The notes below the pieces were generated by a model. It saw only the letters and a program-made list of their open reading frames with translations, had not been told where the DNA came from and did no database searches. Below are positions 19,022 to 28,223 of a stretch of 64,000 nt of DNA, piece after piece. Within the stretch, counting starts at the first letter, position 1; each line of letters starts with the position of its first letter. Source of the DNA: an uncultured Candidatus Saccharibacteria bacterium. Its GTDB lineage: Bacteria; Patescibacteriota; UBA1384; 2-12-FULL-50-11. The position numbers and the translations under genes are program-made. The DNA is taken from positions 11,528 to 75,527 of the forward strand of contig CAZRED010000001.1 of assembly GCA_964599405.1 (NCBI GenBank), given 5' to 3'.

Positions 19022-20200
19022 TTAGGCGCCAATACCAACAAAGGTCAGGGCTTTACCCTTTTTGTCGGCCCGGCCGGTGCGGCCGATGCGGTGAATATAG
19101 TCGGAATAGTTTTCCGGCGCTTCAAAGTTAACAACATGGCTAACGTTAGGAATATCCAAACCACGAGCGGCCACATCGGTGGCAACCATAATCTGGACGC
19201 GATTTTGTTTGAAGTCGTTCAAGGCTCGTTGGCGCTGGGCTTGGGTTTTATTGCCATGAATGGAAACAGCGCTAAAGCCACGTTCCATCAGAGTTTTCAT
19301 CAGTTTTTCCACACCGTGTTTGGTCCGGCCAAAAATCAGCACTTTGGTGGATTCCGGTTCAGTCAAAAGGTTATGGAGCAAGCTCATTTTGTGAAAGTTG
19401 TCGGTGTAGCGAATCACGTCTTGGTCAACGTTCTGGGCAGTTTCACGTCGTTTAACGGAAACTGACTGCGGATTTTGGGTGAAGTCAGCAATTAAGGTCC
19501 GGACTTCTGGGGTGATGGTAGCAGAGAAAAACAGCGATTGACGTTGTCGCGGTAGCTCACGAATCAGTTTGCGGACGTCATCAATAAAGCCCATCTCCAC
19601 CATCCGGTCGGCCTCATCAAGAACTAGATTATTCACATCAAATAGCCGCATTGTCCGACGATTCAAATGATCAAGCAGGCGACCGGGAGTGCCGATAATA
19701 AACTGGGGATTGCGGCGCAGAGCCTGAATTTGGGAACCAAAGCCGTTACCACCGATGCAAAGCGCAGAATACAGCTGCATGCCCTGCGAGAAACTACGCA
19801 GTTCTTCTTCGATCTGCACGGCTAATTCGCGGGTTGGGACGATAATTAAGGCCTTTTGCGAACGGTCTTTCATGAATTTATGCATTAATGGCAGCAAAAA
19901 CGCGGCCGTTTTACCGGTACCGGTTTCGGCGATGCCGATAACATCTTGGCCGCTCATGACTAGCGGAATGGATTTATCCTGAATTGGTGTTGGTGTAACG
20001 TAGCCGCGAGCGTTTACGCGCTCCACAATTCGGTTGTCCAGCGAAAAATCGCTGAAGCGATGGATAATTGGTTCCGGAGTTGTTTCGCCAACCTCAACCG
20101 CTTTATTAATATAGCGGTCCGGGTGAATCGAACTGGATCGTGGGGAACGTCGTTGTCGACGTCCAAAGCCACCACGGTGGCTTCGTACATTGTTATACAT
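19022..20200 (-). CDS. DEAD-box ATP-dependent RNA helicase with Arg-rich N-terminus
   Basis: Q-motif, GTGKT (motif I), [15 protein letters not shown] motifs. Confidence 0.9.
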   Translation of the reverse strand: MYNNVRSHRGGFGRRQRRSPRSSSIHPDRYINKAVEVGETTPEPIIHRFSDFSLDNRIVERVNARGYVTPTPIQDKSIPLVMSGQDVIGIAETGTGKTAAFLLPLMHKFMKDRSQKALIIVPTRELAVQIEEELRSFSQGMQLYSALCIGGNGFGSQIQALRRNPQFIIGTPGRLLDHLNRRTMRLFDVNNLVLDEADRMVEMGFIDDVRKLIRELPRQRQSLFFSATITPEVRTLIADFTQNPQSVSVKRRETAQNVDQDVIRYTDNFHKMSLLHNLLTEPESTKVLIFGRTKHGVEKLMKTLMERGFSAVSIHGNKTQAQRQRALNDFKQNRVQIMVATDVAARGLDIPNVSHVVNFEAPENYSDYIHRIGRTGRADKKGKALTFVGIGA

Positions 20201-20501
20201 TTTCTAAAAACAGCCTTTCTACTGTCTACTCCCAGACAGTAGTGCCGCCTTAGAAGGGGCCACGATCCGAAAGTAATTATTTAATTACTTCTTCGCACTC
20301 ATTTCCCTGCGAGTGCGGTTAAAGCTCAACTAGCTTAGCACGAATATTGGTAAATTACTAGGGAGTCACCCCTAAACCCTTGACAGGAGATTTGGTTGGG
20401 TTACACTTGTTCTCGTCTATTTTGTAAGGAGGTTCATTAGAACAACCATCAATATTCTTAGACAAAAATTAGAGAATCTATCAAATAAAGTAAAAAAATC
20501 T

Positions 20502-21437
20502 TTGGCCCCGGTTGAGCGGTATTTTCAGAAAATATCTGTCCGTACCAACCACTTGGCCAATGCGATAATCGTTTCGCCCCAATATAAGCGGGGGATGCGG
20601 TTCTTCAAGCGGTACTCCACCCAAACTAGCTTTGGGTTTGTGATTGCCGTCTTTTTGACGGTGACTGTCGGCGAAGGCCAAGCCTTTATTGTCTCCACCC
20701 CCACCGTGGCTGCCCAACTGGAAAGCCAAAACGACGGCTTTGTTAGTAAGCCGCAACTTTTTGCCGGCCAAACCATTTTAACTGGTGAGGTACAGCAATC
20801 GGCGGCGATTATTTATACGGTGGAAACCGGTGACAATTTGGTGGCGATTGCCGCTCGTTATAATATTAGCGTCGGTTCGATATTGGATGCTAACGACATT
20901 GAGCCAATTAAAGCTGAAACGATTCGCCCGGGTACTGATTTAATTATTCCGGCTGAAGATACGAATACTTCGCTCGCCTGGCTGGATTCAATCAATAAAG
21001 CCAAAGCCGAGCAAGCCCGCTTAGCGGAAGCAGCCCGCCTGCGCGATCTGGCCCGCTCGCGCACCACTTCTACCCGTGTCACTAACATCGGTGGCCATAC
21101 CATTCTTGGTACGATGCGCGGCGGTTACAACGGTGGCTACCCAGGACAGTGCACTTGGTACGCTAACTACAAACGTTCCGACCTGCCAAATGGCATGGGT
21201 AACGGTGGCCAATACGTAGCCAGTGCTCGAAAGTTTGGATTACCAACTGGCACCACCCCCCGTGTCGGTTCGCTAGTGGTTACTAACGAAGCGGCCTACT
21301 ACGGCCACGTTGCTTACGTTGAATCAGTCAGCGGCAGCTCTATCACGATAACTGAGATGAACTACGTCGGCCCGTACGTCGTCAGCCGCCGAACAATTTC
21401 GATCAACTCTCCAGCCATCAAAGGCTACGTTTACTAA
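20502..21437 (+). CDS. membrane-anchored LysM + CHAP domain peptidoglycan hydrolase
   Basis: Signal anchor, LysM (YTVETGDNLVAIAARYNISVGSILDAND), C-terminal CHAP (GQCTWYA...GHVAYVESV); alternative start at 20595. Confidence 0.75.
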   Translation: MAPVERYFQKISVRTNHLANAIIVSPQYKRGMRFFKRYSTQTSFGFVIAVFLTVTVGEGQAFIVSTPTVAAQLESQNDGFVSKPQLFAGQTILTGEVQQSAAIIYTVETGDNLVAIAARYNISVGSILDANDIEPIKAETIRPGTDLIIPAEDTNTSLAWLDSINKAKAEQARLAEAARLRDLARSRTTSTRVTNIGGHTILGTMRGGYNGGYPGQCTWYANYKRSDLPNGMGNGGQYVASARKFGLPTGTTPRVGSLVVTNEAAYYGHVAYVESVSGSSITITEMNYVGPYVVSRRTISINSPAIKGYVY

Positions 21438-21458
21438 TTCTGCTACGCTGAAATCATC

Positions 21459-21950
21459 ATGGAGGGGCAACGCAAAGGATTTTTGCGCAATACCATTTTT
21501 GGCGCTGAAGACAGTTTGGTTTCGACTGTTGGGTTACTTTCCGGCGTCAGTTTTGCCGGGCTAAGTAGCCGGGAGATAGTTATTAGCGGTGTTGTCTTGA
21601 TTGTTGTTGAAGCCCTATCGATGGGTGCTGGCACTTACATTGCTGACGACTCAACCAATCAGCTGGTGCGGCTAAAATCCGAACGGGAAAACCAGCTTTA
21701 TAACGCCGTTGTGATGTTCCTATCTTATATAATGGTTGGACTAATCCCGCTTGGTCCGTACTTATTTAGCGCCGATACCCGCGTGGCTTTCTATTATTCC
21801 TTGGGGGCAACGCTGTTTGCCCTGTTTTGTTTAGGGCTTTTCCGGGGATTTTATGTCGGTCAATCGCTCTGGAAGTCGGCGGTTAAAATTACGATAATTG
21901 GTTCGATTACGGCCGGAATTGGCGTAATGGTTGGGTATTTGTTGCGTTAA
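21459..21950 (+). CDS. VIT1/CCC1-family (DUF125) membrane protein
   Basis: GAEDSLVSTVGLLSGVS...ALSMGAGTYIA motifs. Confidence 0.65.
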   Translation: MEGQRKGFLRNTIFGAEDSLVSTVGLLSGVSFAGLSSREIVISGVVLIVVEALSMGAGTYIADDSTNQLVRLKSERENQLYNAVVMFLSYIMVGLIPLGPYLFSADTRVAFYYSLGATLFALFCLGLFRGFYVGQSLWKSAVKITIIGSITAGIGVMVGYLLR

Positions 21951-22024
21951 TCCATTGATTTACCGCAATATGTAGTTATACTTTCGTTCACGCACCAAGC
22001 ACCTAGAAATCACGGACGAGAAAA

Positions 22025-22735
22025 ATGAACACACTGCTTCTTATCTCCGCACTCTTCACCAGCCAAGCGGCCGGTGCCCAGACCCCACAGACGTTCCTCG
22101 AACGTTTCGACGATCAGGTTGGTATCCGTAATTCCGTTCAAGTGCTGCTAGAAGCAGCTTCAGCAAACGGGTGGACCGGCGTACGTGACGTTGCCACGAA
22201 AAGTGCCAATGTGCCAGGCCTGTCAGAAAGCGATCGGATCGGCGCCATGCTGGATCTGTTCGATGGGGTCAAGTACATGATCGGGTTCTCTAAGGAGAAT
22301 GAGGCTAAAGGAAAGTTCCCTATTGGCACAACCGCCAAAGAACTGATCGTCTCCGAATTACGTTACGGTCTCGACGACATTAAGAAAATCGTCGAGTCCC
22401 CCGATTACGAGAAGAACCTGAGAAGGGGGCCCAGCCAGCACCGGTTCTACGAATCCTTCAAGACATATGTCTCAATGGAGCCGGAAAACTCGCCGCCACA
22501 TATTATTGCCGTTCGCTTTCGGACGGTCCCACGTGCGGGAGATGTCATTCAGTTTTTCCTCTGTTTCAGAACGGTGGAAATTGACGGGCAAAAGAAATCG
22601 CGCCTGGAATTCATCGTCCCCGAAGTCCGTCTTTCCGTTACCCCGGCATCCGCCGGGGATTTTTTTATCTTTGCGCCCCGGGAGAGATTCGAACTCCCGA
22701 CCTTGACGATAGAAGCGTCCTGCTCTAACCGCTGA
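22025..22735 (+). CDS. secreted hypothetical protein (3' end runs through a terminator and into tRNA-Arg on the opposite strand)
   Basis: Signal peptide MNTLLLISALFTSQAAGAQT; no known domain. Confidence 0.45.
   Translation: MNTLLLISALFTSQAAGAQTPQTFLERFDDQVGIRNSVQVLLEAASANGWTGVRDVATKSANVPGLSESDRIGAMLDLFDGVKYMIGFSKENEAKGKFPIGTTAKELIVSELRYGLDDIKKIVESPDYEKNLRRGPSQHRFYESFKTYVSMEPENSPPHIIAVRFRTVPRAGDVIQFFLCFRTVEIDGQKKSRLEFIVPEVRLSVTPASAGDFFIFAPRERFELPTLTIEASCSNR
22641..22667 (+). terminator. rho-independent terminator
   Basis: CCCCGGC-ATCC-GCCGGGG followed by ATTTTTTTA. Confidence 0.7.
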
Positions 22736-22746
22736 GCTACCGGGGC
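22674..22746 (-). tRNA. tRNA-Arg (TCT)
   Basis: Reverse complement: acceptor GCCCCGG/CCGGGGC, anticodon stem GGACG/CGTCA loop CTTCTAT, T-loop AGTTCGAATCT; CCA not encoded. Confidence 0.8.
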
Positions 22747-22810
22747 AATTGAGCTGTATTTTACCCGAATTCTGGTTGCTAATACAGGGATATCGGCTAT
22801 ATTTTACCTT

Positions 22811-23377
22811 ATGTTGACCCGCGATGATGCCTACAAGCTTTTAACCGAACATGTCGCTGGAGAAAATCTCATTCGCCACTGTTTGGCCGTGGAAGCGGCG
22901 ATGCGCGGACTAGCCAATCACTTCCAGGAGGATCAGGAGTCTTGGGGTATCGCTGGGCTGTTACACGACGCCGACTGGGAAATCACCCGCGACACGCCAG
23001 AAACTCACGCTAAAGTGGTCGCCGAATGGCTGGAGGATTGGGATTTGGGCGACGAAGGTATTAAAGAAGCGATTTTAGCCCACAACCACTTTCATAACGG
23101 CCACGAGCCGCCGCAGAACCAAATGGAGTGGTCGCTTTACTGCTGCGACGAGCTGACCGGCTTGATTGTCGCTTGTGCATTGGTTCAGCCGAATAAGAAC
23201 TTGGAAACCGTGACGGTGGAATCGGTAATGCGCAAATTCCCGGAAAAAGCCTTTGCCGCCGGGGTGGATCGCTCAAAGATTCAGCACTGCCAAGCCGAAT
23301 TGGGAATTGAACTGGAAGACTTTGTGGGGATTGTGCTGGAAGCAATGCAGAATATCTCCACCGAACTCGGTCTTTAG
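22811..23377 (+). CDS. HD-domain phosphohydrolase
   Basis: H...HD...H...D metal-binding pattern (HCLAVEAAMRGL...GLLHDADWE). Confidence 0.7.
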   Translation: MLTRDDAYKLLTEHVAGENLIRHCLAVEAAMRGLANHFQEDQESWGIAGLLHDADWEITRDTPETHAKVVAEWLEDWDLGDEGIKEAILAHNHFHNGHEPPQNQMEWSLYCCDELTGLIVACALVQPNKNLETVTVESVMRKFPEKAFAAGVDRSKIQHCQAELGIELEDFVGIVLEAMQNISTELGL

Positions 23378-23379
23378 CT

Positions 23380-23406
23380 TGTTTTTACCCTAGAAAAGTA
23401 TATACT
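23380..23406 (+). promoter_or_regulatory. conserved promoter-like motif CCCTAGAAAAGTATATACTTTT (copy 1, upstream of deacetylase)
   Basis: Nearly identical motif recurs at 25559-25588 upstream of the small ORF/GT2; contains TATACT -10-like hexamer. Confidence 0.45.
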
Positions 23407-23413
23407 TTTTCTG

Positions 23414-25552
23414 ATGAAATTTTTGAAAGGTCTCCTGGCTGTTGTGCTGGCTGCTACGCCGCTTCTGACTATTGCACCGCAAACGGCATCGGCCCACGAA
23501 AACCTTATCCCTAATCCCTCCGTAGAAACTCCAGCAACTGGCGAAAATCGTCCGGAGAATTGGCAGCCCGGTTTTATTTGGGGTGAATTAAAGCCGTCGT
23601 TTTCATATGAAAACGACGGATTACAAGGCAATCGCTCGGTTAAAGTAGCTGTTAGTAACTACAGCTCCGGCGATGCTAAGTGGTACTTCGACCACGTTAA
23701 TGTTGCGCCAAACCAAGAATATACTTACAGTGATTACTACAAATCCGATGTTGGCACCGAGCTGGTCGCTGAAACTCTCGATTCAGCCGGTAGCGCCTCC
23801 TACCAGTGGCTATCCTGGACTAGCCCGAGCGACCAGTGGAAACCGGTCATTGTCGACTTCACTACCCCTTCTAACGCTGTGAAAGTCTCCGTTTTCCACC
23901 TATTACTTAGTAACGGCTACCTCCAAACTGACGCTTTTTCGCTAACTGACAAACACCCGCCAGGTGGCAACATTCTTAACCCTGGCCTTGAATCAGCCGA
24001 TCCGAACAATGCCAACCAGCCATTTGCCTGGAAAACCGGCTCCTGGGGTAATAATCAACCAACCTATACCTACCAAAACACTGGCTATCAATCCAATCGT
24101 AGTGGCAAGGTTAGTATTGCTAATTTCCAATCGGGCGATGCTAAGTGGTACTTCGAGCCAATTACCGTAGCACCAAGCACCAGCTACCTCTTCGAGGACT
24201 ACTACCGATCAGACATTCTAACCTCGGTAGTTGCCCGGGTTGAGTCAGCCAGTGGTGCTATCTCCTATCTGTGGCTTGGCGACGTAGCGGCTAGCGCAGT
24301 TTGGAAGCAAGCATCCCTACCGATTACGACACCTGCCGACATCAAACAGCTAACTGTTTTTCACCTGTTAGCTGGCAACGGCTATCTAGAAACTGATAGT
24401 TTCAGTTTTTCTGAAATTCAACAGGGGTTAGTGCCAAACCCATCATTTGAAACTGCCGATGCCGGCAACCCGAACATGCCTGCTCAATGGCAAACAAATA
24501 ACTGGGGTAATAACGTCGCCTCATTTGAATACTTAAACAACGGCCACACCGGCAATCACAGCGCCAAGGTTACAGTTAGTAATTACAGCTCCGGCGATGC
24601 TAAATGGTGGTACGAACCGACAGTAATCGAACCTGAAGAAGAATATGCTTTCTCTAATTTTTATCAATCAAATACCTCCACCCGAGTAGTCGTGTGGGTG
24701 GTCACTACTGGCGGCGTTAACCAGTACATCGGCCTGGGGAGTGCTCCAGCCAGCTCGACCTGGACGGAGTTTCACGATACCTTCACGATGCCCGTTAACG
24801 CTGCCCGTGCCGCAATACTCCATATTGTTGAGGGTAACGGTTTCTTAATAGTTGATGACTACTCGCTTGCAATCGGTGAAATTCAAGGATTCAACCGCGG
24901 CCTCGTCACACTAACCTTCGACGACGGCTGGGAAGCCAACGTTTCCACTGCCCTACCAATTATGCAGCAGTACGGCTTCCTCTCTACCCAATTCTACGCC
25001 ACCGGCTTTTTGAACGGCGAAGATTATCAGTCTCTAGCTAACGTTTGGAAATTTATTGACGCTGATCACGAGATTGGTTCGCACTCGGTTACCCACCCCG
25101 ATTTAACGACACTTTCACCAGAAGCACTAGACTATGAGCTGCGCGAATCAAGACGGTTCCTTGAAGATACGTTCGGCGTTAAAATAAAGAACTTCGCTTC
25201 ACCGTTTGGCGCTTACAACAATAATGTTATCCAGGCAATTCAAGGTTATTACGAATCACACCGGAGCGTTGACGTCGGTTACAACAGTAAAGACAACTAC
25301 GATCAGTGGCGTTTCAAGGTTCAGAACATGACTCCTACCACTACTTTGGCCGAATATCAGGCCTGGCTCCAACACGCCAAGAGCAAAAAATTATGGCTGA
25401 TTTTGGTTTATCACAAGGTTGAAAATAGTAATGTTGGCCCGTACGACAGCACGACGGACCAATTTGCTGCTCAAATGGCCGCGCTATCAACCAGCGCTAT
25501 AGTTGTTGCCACCATGCAGCAGGCGATCGAAGAGCTGACACCACAGCTCTAG
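23414..25552 (+). CDS. secreted polysaccharide deacetylase (CE4/NodB homology domain) with three N-terminal CBM4/9-like carbohydrate-binding repeats
   Basis: Signal peptide; three ~150-aa repeats each with NPSxE...W...SGDAKWY(F/Y)...Y; C-terminal TFDDGW, HSVTHPDL, FASPFG motifs of CE4. Confidence 0.8.
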   Translation: MKFLKGLLAVVLAATPLLTIAPQTASAHENLIPNPSVETPATGENRPENWQPGFIWGELKPSFSYENDGLQGNRSVKVAVSNYSSGDAKWYFDHVNVAPNQEYTYSDYYKSDVGTELVAETLDSAGSASYQWLSWTSPSDQWKPVIVDFTTPSNAVKVSVFHLLLSNGYLQTDAFSLTDKHPPGGNILNPGLESADPNNANQPFAWKTGSWGNNQPTYTYQNTGYQSNRSGKVSIANFQSGDAKWYFEPITVAPSTSYLFEDYYRSDILTSVVARVESASGAISYLWLGDVAASAVWKQASLPITTPADIKQLTVFHLLAGNGYLETDSFSFSEIQQGLVPNPSFETADAGNPNMPAQWQTNNWGNNVASFEYLNNGHTGNHSAKVTVSNYSSGDAKWWYEPTVIEPEEEYAFSNFYQSNTSTRVVVWVVTTGGVNQYIGLGSAPASSTWTEFHDTFTMPVNAARAAILHIVEGNGFLIVDDYSLAIGEIQGFNRGLVTLTFDDGWEANVSTALPIMQQYGFLSTQFYATGFLNGEDYQSLANVWKFIDADHEIGSHSVTHPDLTTLSPEALDYELRESRRFLEDTFGVKIKNFASPFGAYNNNVIQAIQGYYESHRSVDVGYNSKDNYDQWRFKVQNMTPTTTLAEYQAWLQHAKSKKLWLILVYHKVENSNVGPYDSTTDQFAAQMAALSTSAIVVATMQQAIEELTPQL
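23495..24866 (+). repeat. three tandem ~450-nt coding repeats (CBM-like modules) inside the deacetylase gene
   Basis: Protein repeats approx aa 28-180, 183-338, 339-485 share NPxxE(T/S)...NxSxKV(x)(V/I)xN(Y/F)xSGDAKW(Y/W)(F/Y). Confidence 0.75.
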
Positions 25553-25558
25553 CTTGTT

Positions 25559-25588
25559 GCATTTTCCCTTACAAAAGCATATACTATT
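25559..25588 (+). promoter_or_regulatory. conserved promoter-like motif CCCTTACAAAAGCATATACTATT (copy 2)
   Basis: Matches copy 1 over ~20 nt; followed by GGGGGG SD-like run and ATG 25621. Confidence 0.45.
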
Positions 25589-25620
25589 GTTCGTAAAAGC
25601 GGGGGGCTAGAAAGTAGCCA

Positions 25621-25740
25621 ATGTATACACTTCCAAAAGCTGGTCCAAGCACCTTCGTTCACTTAATTGCCCTAGTGGTTGCGACTGCTATTGTTTTCGG
25701 TAAATCCGCTTACAAAGCCGTAGTCAAAAGCGCTAAGTAA
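25621..25740 (+). CDS. 39-aa single-TM peptide between deacetylase and GT2 (not in ORF track)
   Basis: MYTLPKAGPSTFVHLIALVVATAIVFGKSAYKAVVKSAK; position matches small IcaD/PgaD-type subunits. Confidence 0.35.
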   Translation: MYTLPKAGPSTFVHLIALVVATAIVFGKSAYKAVVKSAK

Positions 25741-25760
25741 TTTGGCTACATTTTTATTTA

Positions 25761-26780
25761 ATGAATAAAACTACCATTGCGGTAGTGGTTCCTGCATACA
25801 ACGAAGAGAAAGTGATTGGCGCGTCTCTCGCTTCACTGCGCCGTTGTATTGATATGAAGCATGTTTACGTTGCTAGCGACGGTTCGACAGATACAACTGC
25901 CAGTATTGCCCGTAGCTATACTAAAAACGTCTTAAGCCTGCGGAAAAACCGCGGCAAGGCCGGAGCGCTTCAGGCCTTGATTAAAAAGTTCTCCCTCACA
26001 GAAAGCTATAAATACGTCTTCTTTTTTGACGCCGACACCAAGATTGATCGAAACTTTTTACCAGAAATTAAAAAAGTAGTTGCTGCACAGCGCCCCGCCT
26101 GTGTCGTCGGTACCGTTACCAGCACTAAAAACAAGTTAATCAGCGCTTTTCGGGTGTTTGAGTACGGTTTTTCTCATAAATTCTTTAAAAACGCCCAGAA
26201 TTTCATGGGAACTATCGTGATCGCCCCCGGTTGTGCTTCCGTTTACCGGGCGGATGTGTTGGCTAAGCTGGATTTTAGCCGTAGAACCCTAACGGAAGAC
26301 TTGGATTTCACCATTCAAATTCAAAAATACCGCTACGGCAAGGTTGTTTATTGTCCGCGAGCCCGAGTTCTTACCCAAGACCCAATGAGTTTTAGTGACT
26401 TTTGGAATCAAATCACTCGCTGGAATACCGGTTTTTGGCAAAACTTCTTTATCCATCGTCTTTACCAACCAAACCGCAAGCTAAACTTCGAAGTACTGCT
26501 GTTGCTAAGCGACTTCCTGCTTTGGGGTGGATTGCTAGTGTTTGCTCTGTTTGAACCAATCTACTTTTTAGAGCTGTATGCCACGTCTCTATTGATCTTA
26601 ACTGCCATCGCTAGCGGAACGATCGTTGCCGAGAAACAGTATTGGGCCCTGCCGTACGTGCCGTTGTTCAACTTTTTCCAGATCGTTAACACGGTTTCGT
26701 TTGTTTACTCCTTTTTCCGAGCAGTTATTGGCTCTGGCAAACAGTTGTCCTGGCAAAAAGTTTCTCGCTACGCCAACTAA
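25761..26780 (+). CDS. processive family-2 glycosyltransferase (IcaA/PgaC/NodC-like polysaccharide synthase)
   Basis: VVVPAYNEE, DGSTD, FFDADT, TED, QITRW (QxxRW) motifs; two C-terminal TM helices. Confidence 0.8.
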   Translation: MNKTTIAVVVPAYNEEKVIGASLASLRRCIDMKHVYVASDGSTDTTASIARSYTKNVLSLRKNRGKAGALQALIKKFSLTESYKYVFFFDADTKIDRNFLPEIKKVVAAQRPACVVGTVTSTKNKLISAFRVFEYGFSHKFFKNAQNFMGTIVIAPGCASVYRADVLAKLDFSRRTLTEDLDFTIQIQKYRYGKVVYCPRARVLTQDPMSFSDFWNQITRWNTGFWQNFFIHRLYQPNRKLNFEVLLLLSDFLLWGGLLVFALFEPIYFLELYATSLLILTAIASGTIVAEKQYWALPYVPLFNFFQIVNTVSFVYSFFRAVIGSGKQLSWQKVSRYAN

Positions 26781-26858
26781 TCGCTTGTCATATTGCCCGT
26801 GACAGGCAATAAGCAATCTACCGGTTGCTATCAAGAGCTCGCCTGGTAGTATCAAGCC

Positions 26859-28223
26859 ATGCGGCCGGGAGGGTTCACCCTTATCTTGCTAGTAATTGGC
26901 TTATGTTTTTCTGCCTTATTTTCGGTGTTTCCAGCTCAAGCAAAAACCCGGGTTGAGGTAAATATTTTTTTCCCCGGCGCAGCTTGGAATACCAATCTTC
27001 TGAATAACTTCCAAGCTGACTTGGGAATTAAGTTCACCGCCGCCAAGTGGTATATGGACTGGGCCACCGCTTTTGATACCGGCGTGGCTAACCGTTTGAA
27101 CAATAACGGCTACATCCCAGAAATGACTTGGGAGCCGTCGCTAAATAGCAACGGCGTATCCTACGACGACGTTGTTAACGGCATTTACGATCCCTACATT
27201 ATTCAAACCGCCCAGACTGTGAAGAACCTGGGCTTCCCAATTCGGATTGCGTTGGCGCCGGAGATGAACGCTACCTGGACGCCGTGGGGAGGGCTGTCCG
27301 GTAATAATCCTGATAATTTCAAAGCTTTTTGGCAGCACACTGTCCAAATTTTTGACAACCAGGGCGCCAACAACATTACTTGGATTTGGTCGCCGAACGT
27401 CATTCCTTACGGCCCAGAGAGAGTGGGGTCGTACGGGGAAATGTACCCAGGTAATAGCTACGTCGATTACATGGGGCTGGATGGCTATAACTGGGGCACC
27501 AGCCAACCATGGTCGGTTTGGCAGAGCTTCCGGGAGGTATTTTTAGACTCGTATAACGAACTCCTTGGAGTTTCCTCCAAAGATATTTTAATCATGGAGA
27601 TGGCTTCAACGGAGCTGGGCGGCAGCAAGGCGGCCTGGATTACCGATATGTACAACGAACTCCAAAACAGCTTCCCGCGTATCAAGGGCTTCACCTGGTT
27701 TCATATTAATAAAGAAACCGACTGGCGAATTGATTCCAGTGCTAGCGCCAAAGCCAGCTTTGCCGCCGGCTACCACGGTACTGCCGTCGTAACTGCACCA
27801 CCACCAAACACCGCTCCAGCTGGTACCACCAAAACCACCCAACCCAAATCTAACGGCACCGCCCCGGTTGTCGCTACTAATGAGTTGGTCCCAGAAGTGA
27901 CAAATGAACCCCAGCCGAGTCCAGCAGACTACGCCGTGACAACGCCGATTCGGCCAAAAATTGCCGGAACAATTTTAGTGGCAGAGCGAACGTCGATGCG
28001 TTCGCCGGAAAAGCTTCGCCTGCTCGGCGGTATTCTACTTGGCGGCTTAATCGTCGGCGGGTTATTTATTCGTCGGATGCTGTTAATTCATAGTTACGCC
28101 GTCGAGCCTATCCAACCGACTTCGCCCGTTGTGGTTGCGTTGCCAAAGAAACCTGCCGCAAAAAAGATGGACGGCGTTGGAAAAACCAAACCAAAAAAGA
28201 AGAAAAACCAGACGACCAAGTAG
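26859..28223 (+). CDS. membrane-anchored extracellular clan GH-A glycoside hydrolase (GH26-like)
   Basis: Signal peptide, PEMN (acid/base) and STELGG (nucleophile) motifs, YPGNSYVDYMGLDGYNW; Pro/Thr linker, C-terminal TM and Lys-rich tail. Confidence 0.65.
   Translation: MRPGGFTLILLVIGLCFSALFSVFPAQAKTRVEVNIFFPGAAWNTNLLNNFQADLGIKFTAAKWYMDWATAFDTGVANRLNNNGYIPEMTWEPSLNSNGVSYDDVVNGIYDPYIIQTAQTVKNLGFPIRIALAPEMNATWTPWGGLSGNNPDNFKAFWQHTVQIFDNQGANNITWIWSPNVIPYGPERVGSYGEMYPGNSYVDYMGLDGYNWGTSQPWSVWQSFREVFLDSYNELLGVSSKDILIMEMASTELGGSKAAWITDMYNELQNSFPRIKGFTWFHINKETDWRIDSSASAKASFAAGYHGTAVVTAPPPNTAPAGTTKTTQPKSNGTAPVVATNELVPEVTNEPQPSPADYAVTTPIRPKIAGTILVAERTSMRSPEKLRLLGGILLGGLIVGGLFIRRMLLIHSYAVEPIQPTSPVVVALPKKPAAKKMDGVGKTKPKKKKNQTTK

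Noticed and set aside
20218-20241. Perfect 9-bp hairpin considered as a terminator
   Set aside because: No U-tract on either strand; more likely a 5' UTR structure of the helicase gene
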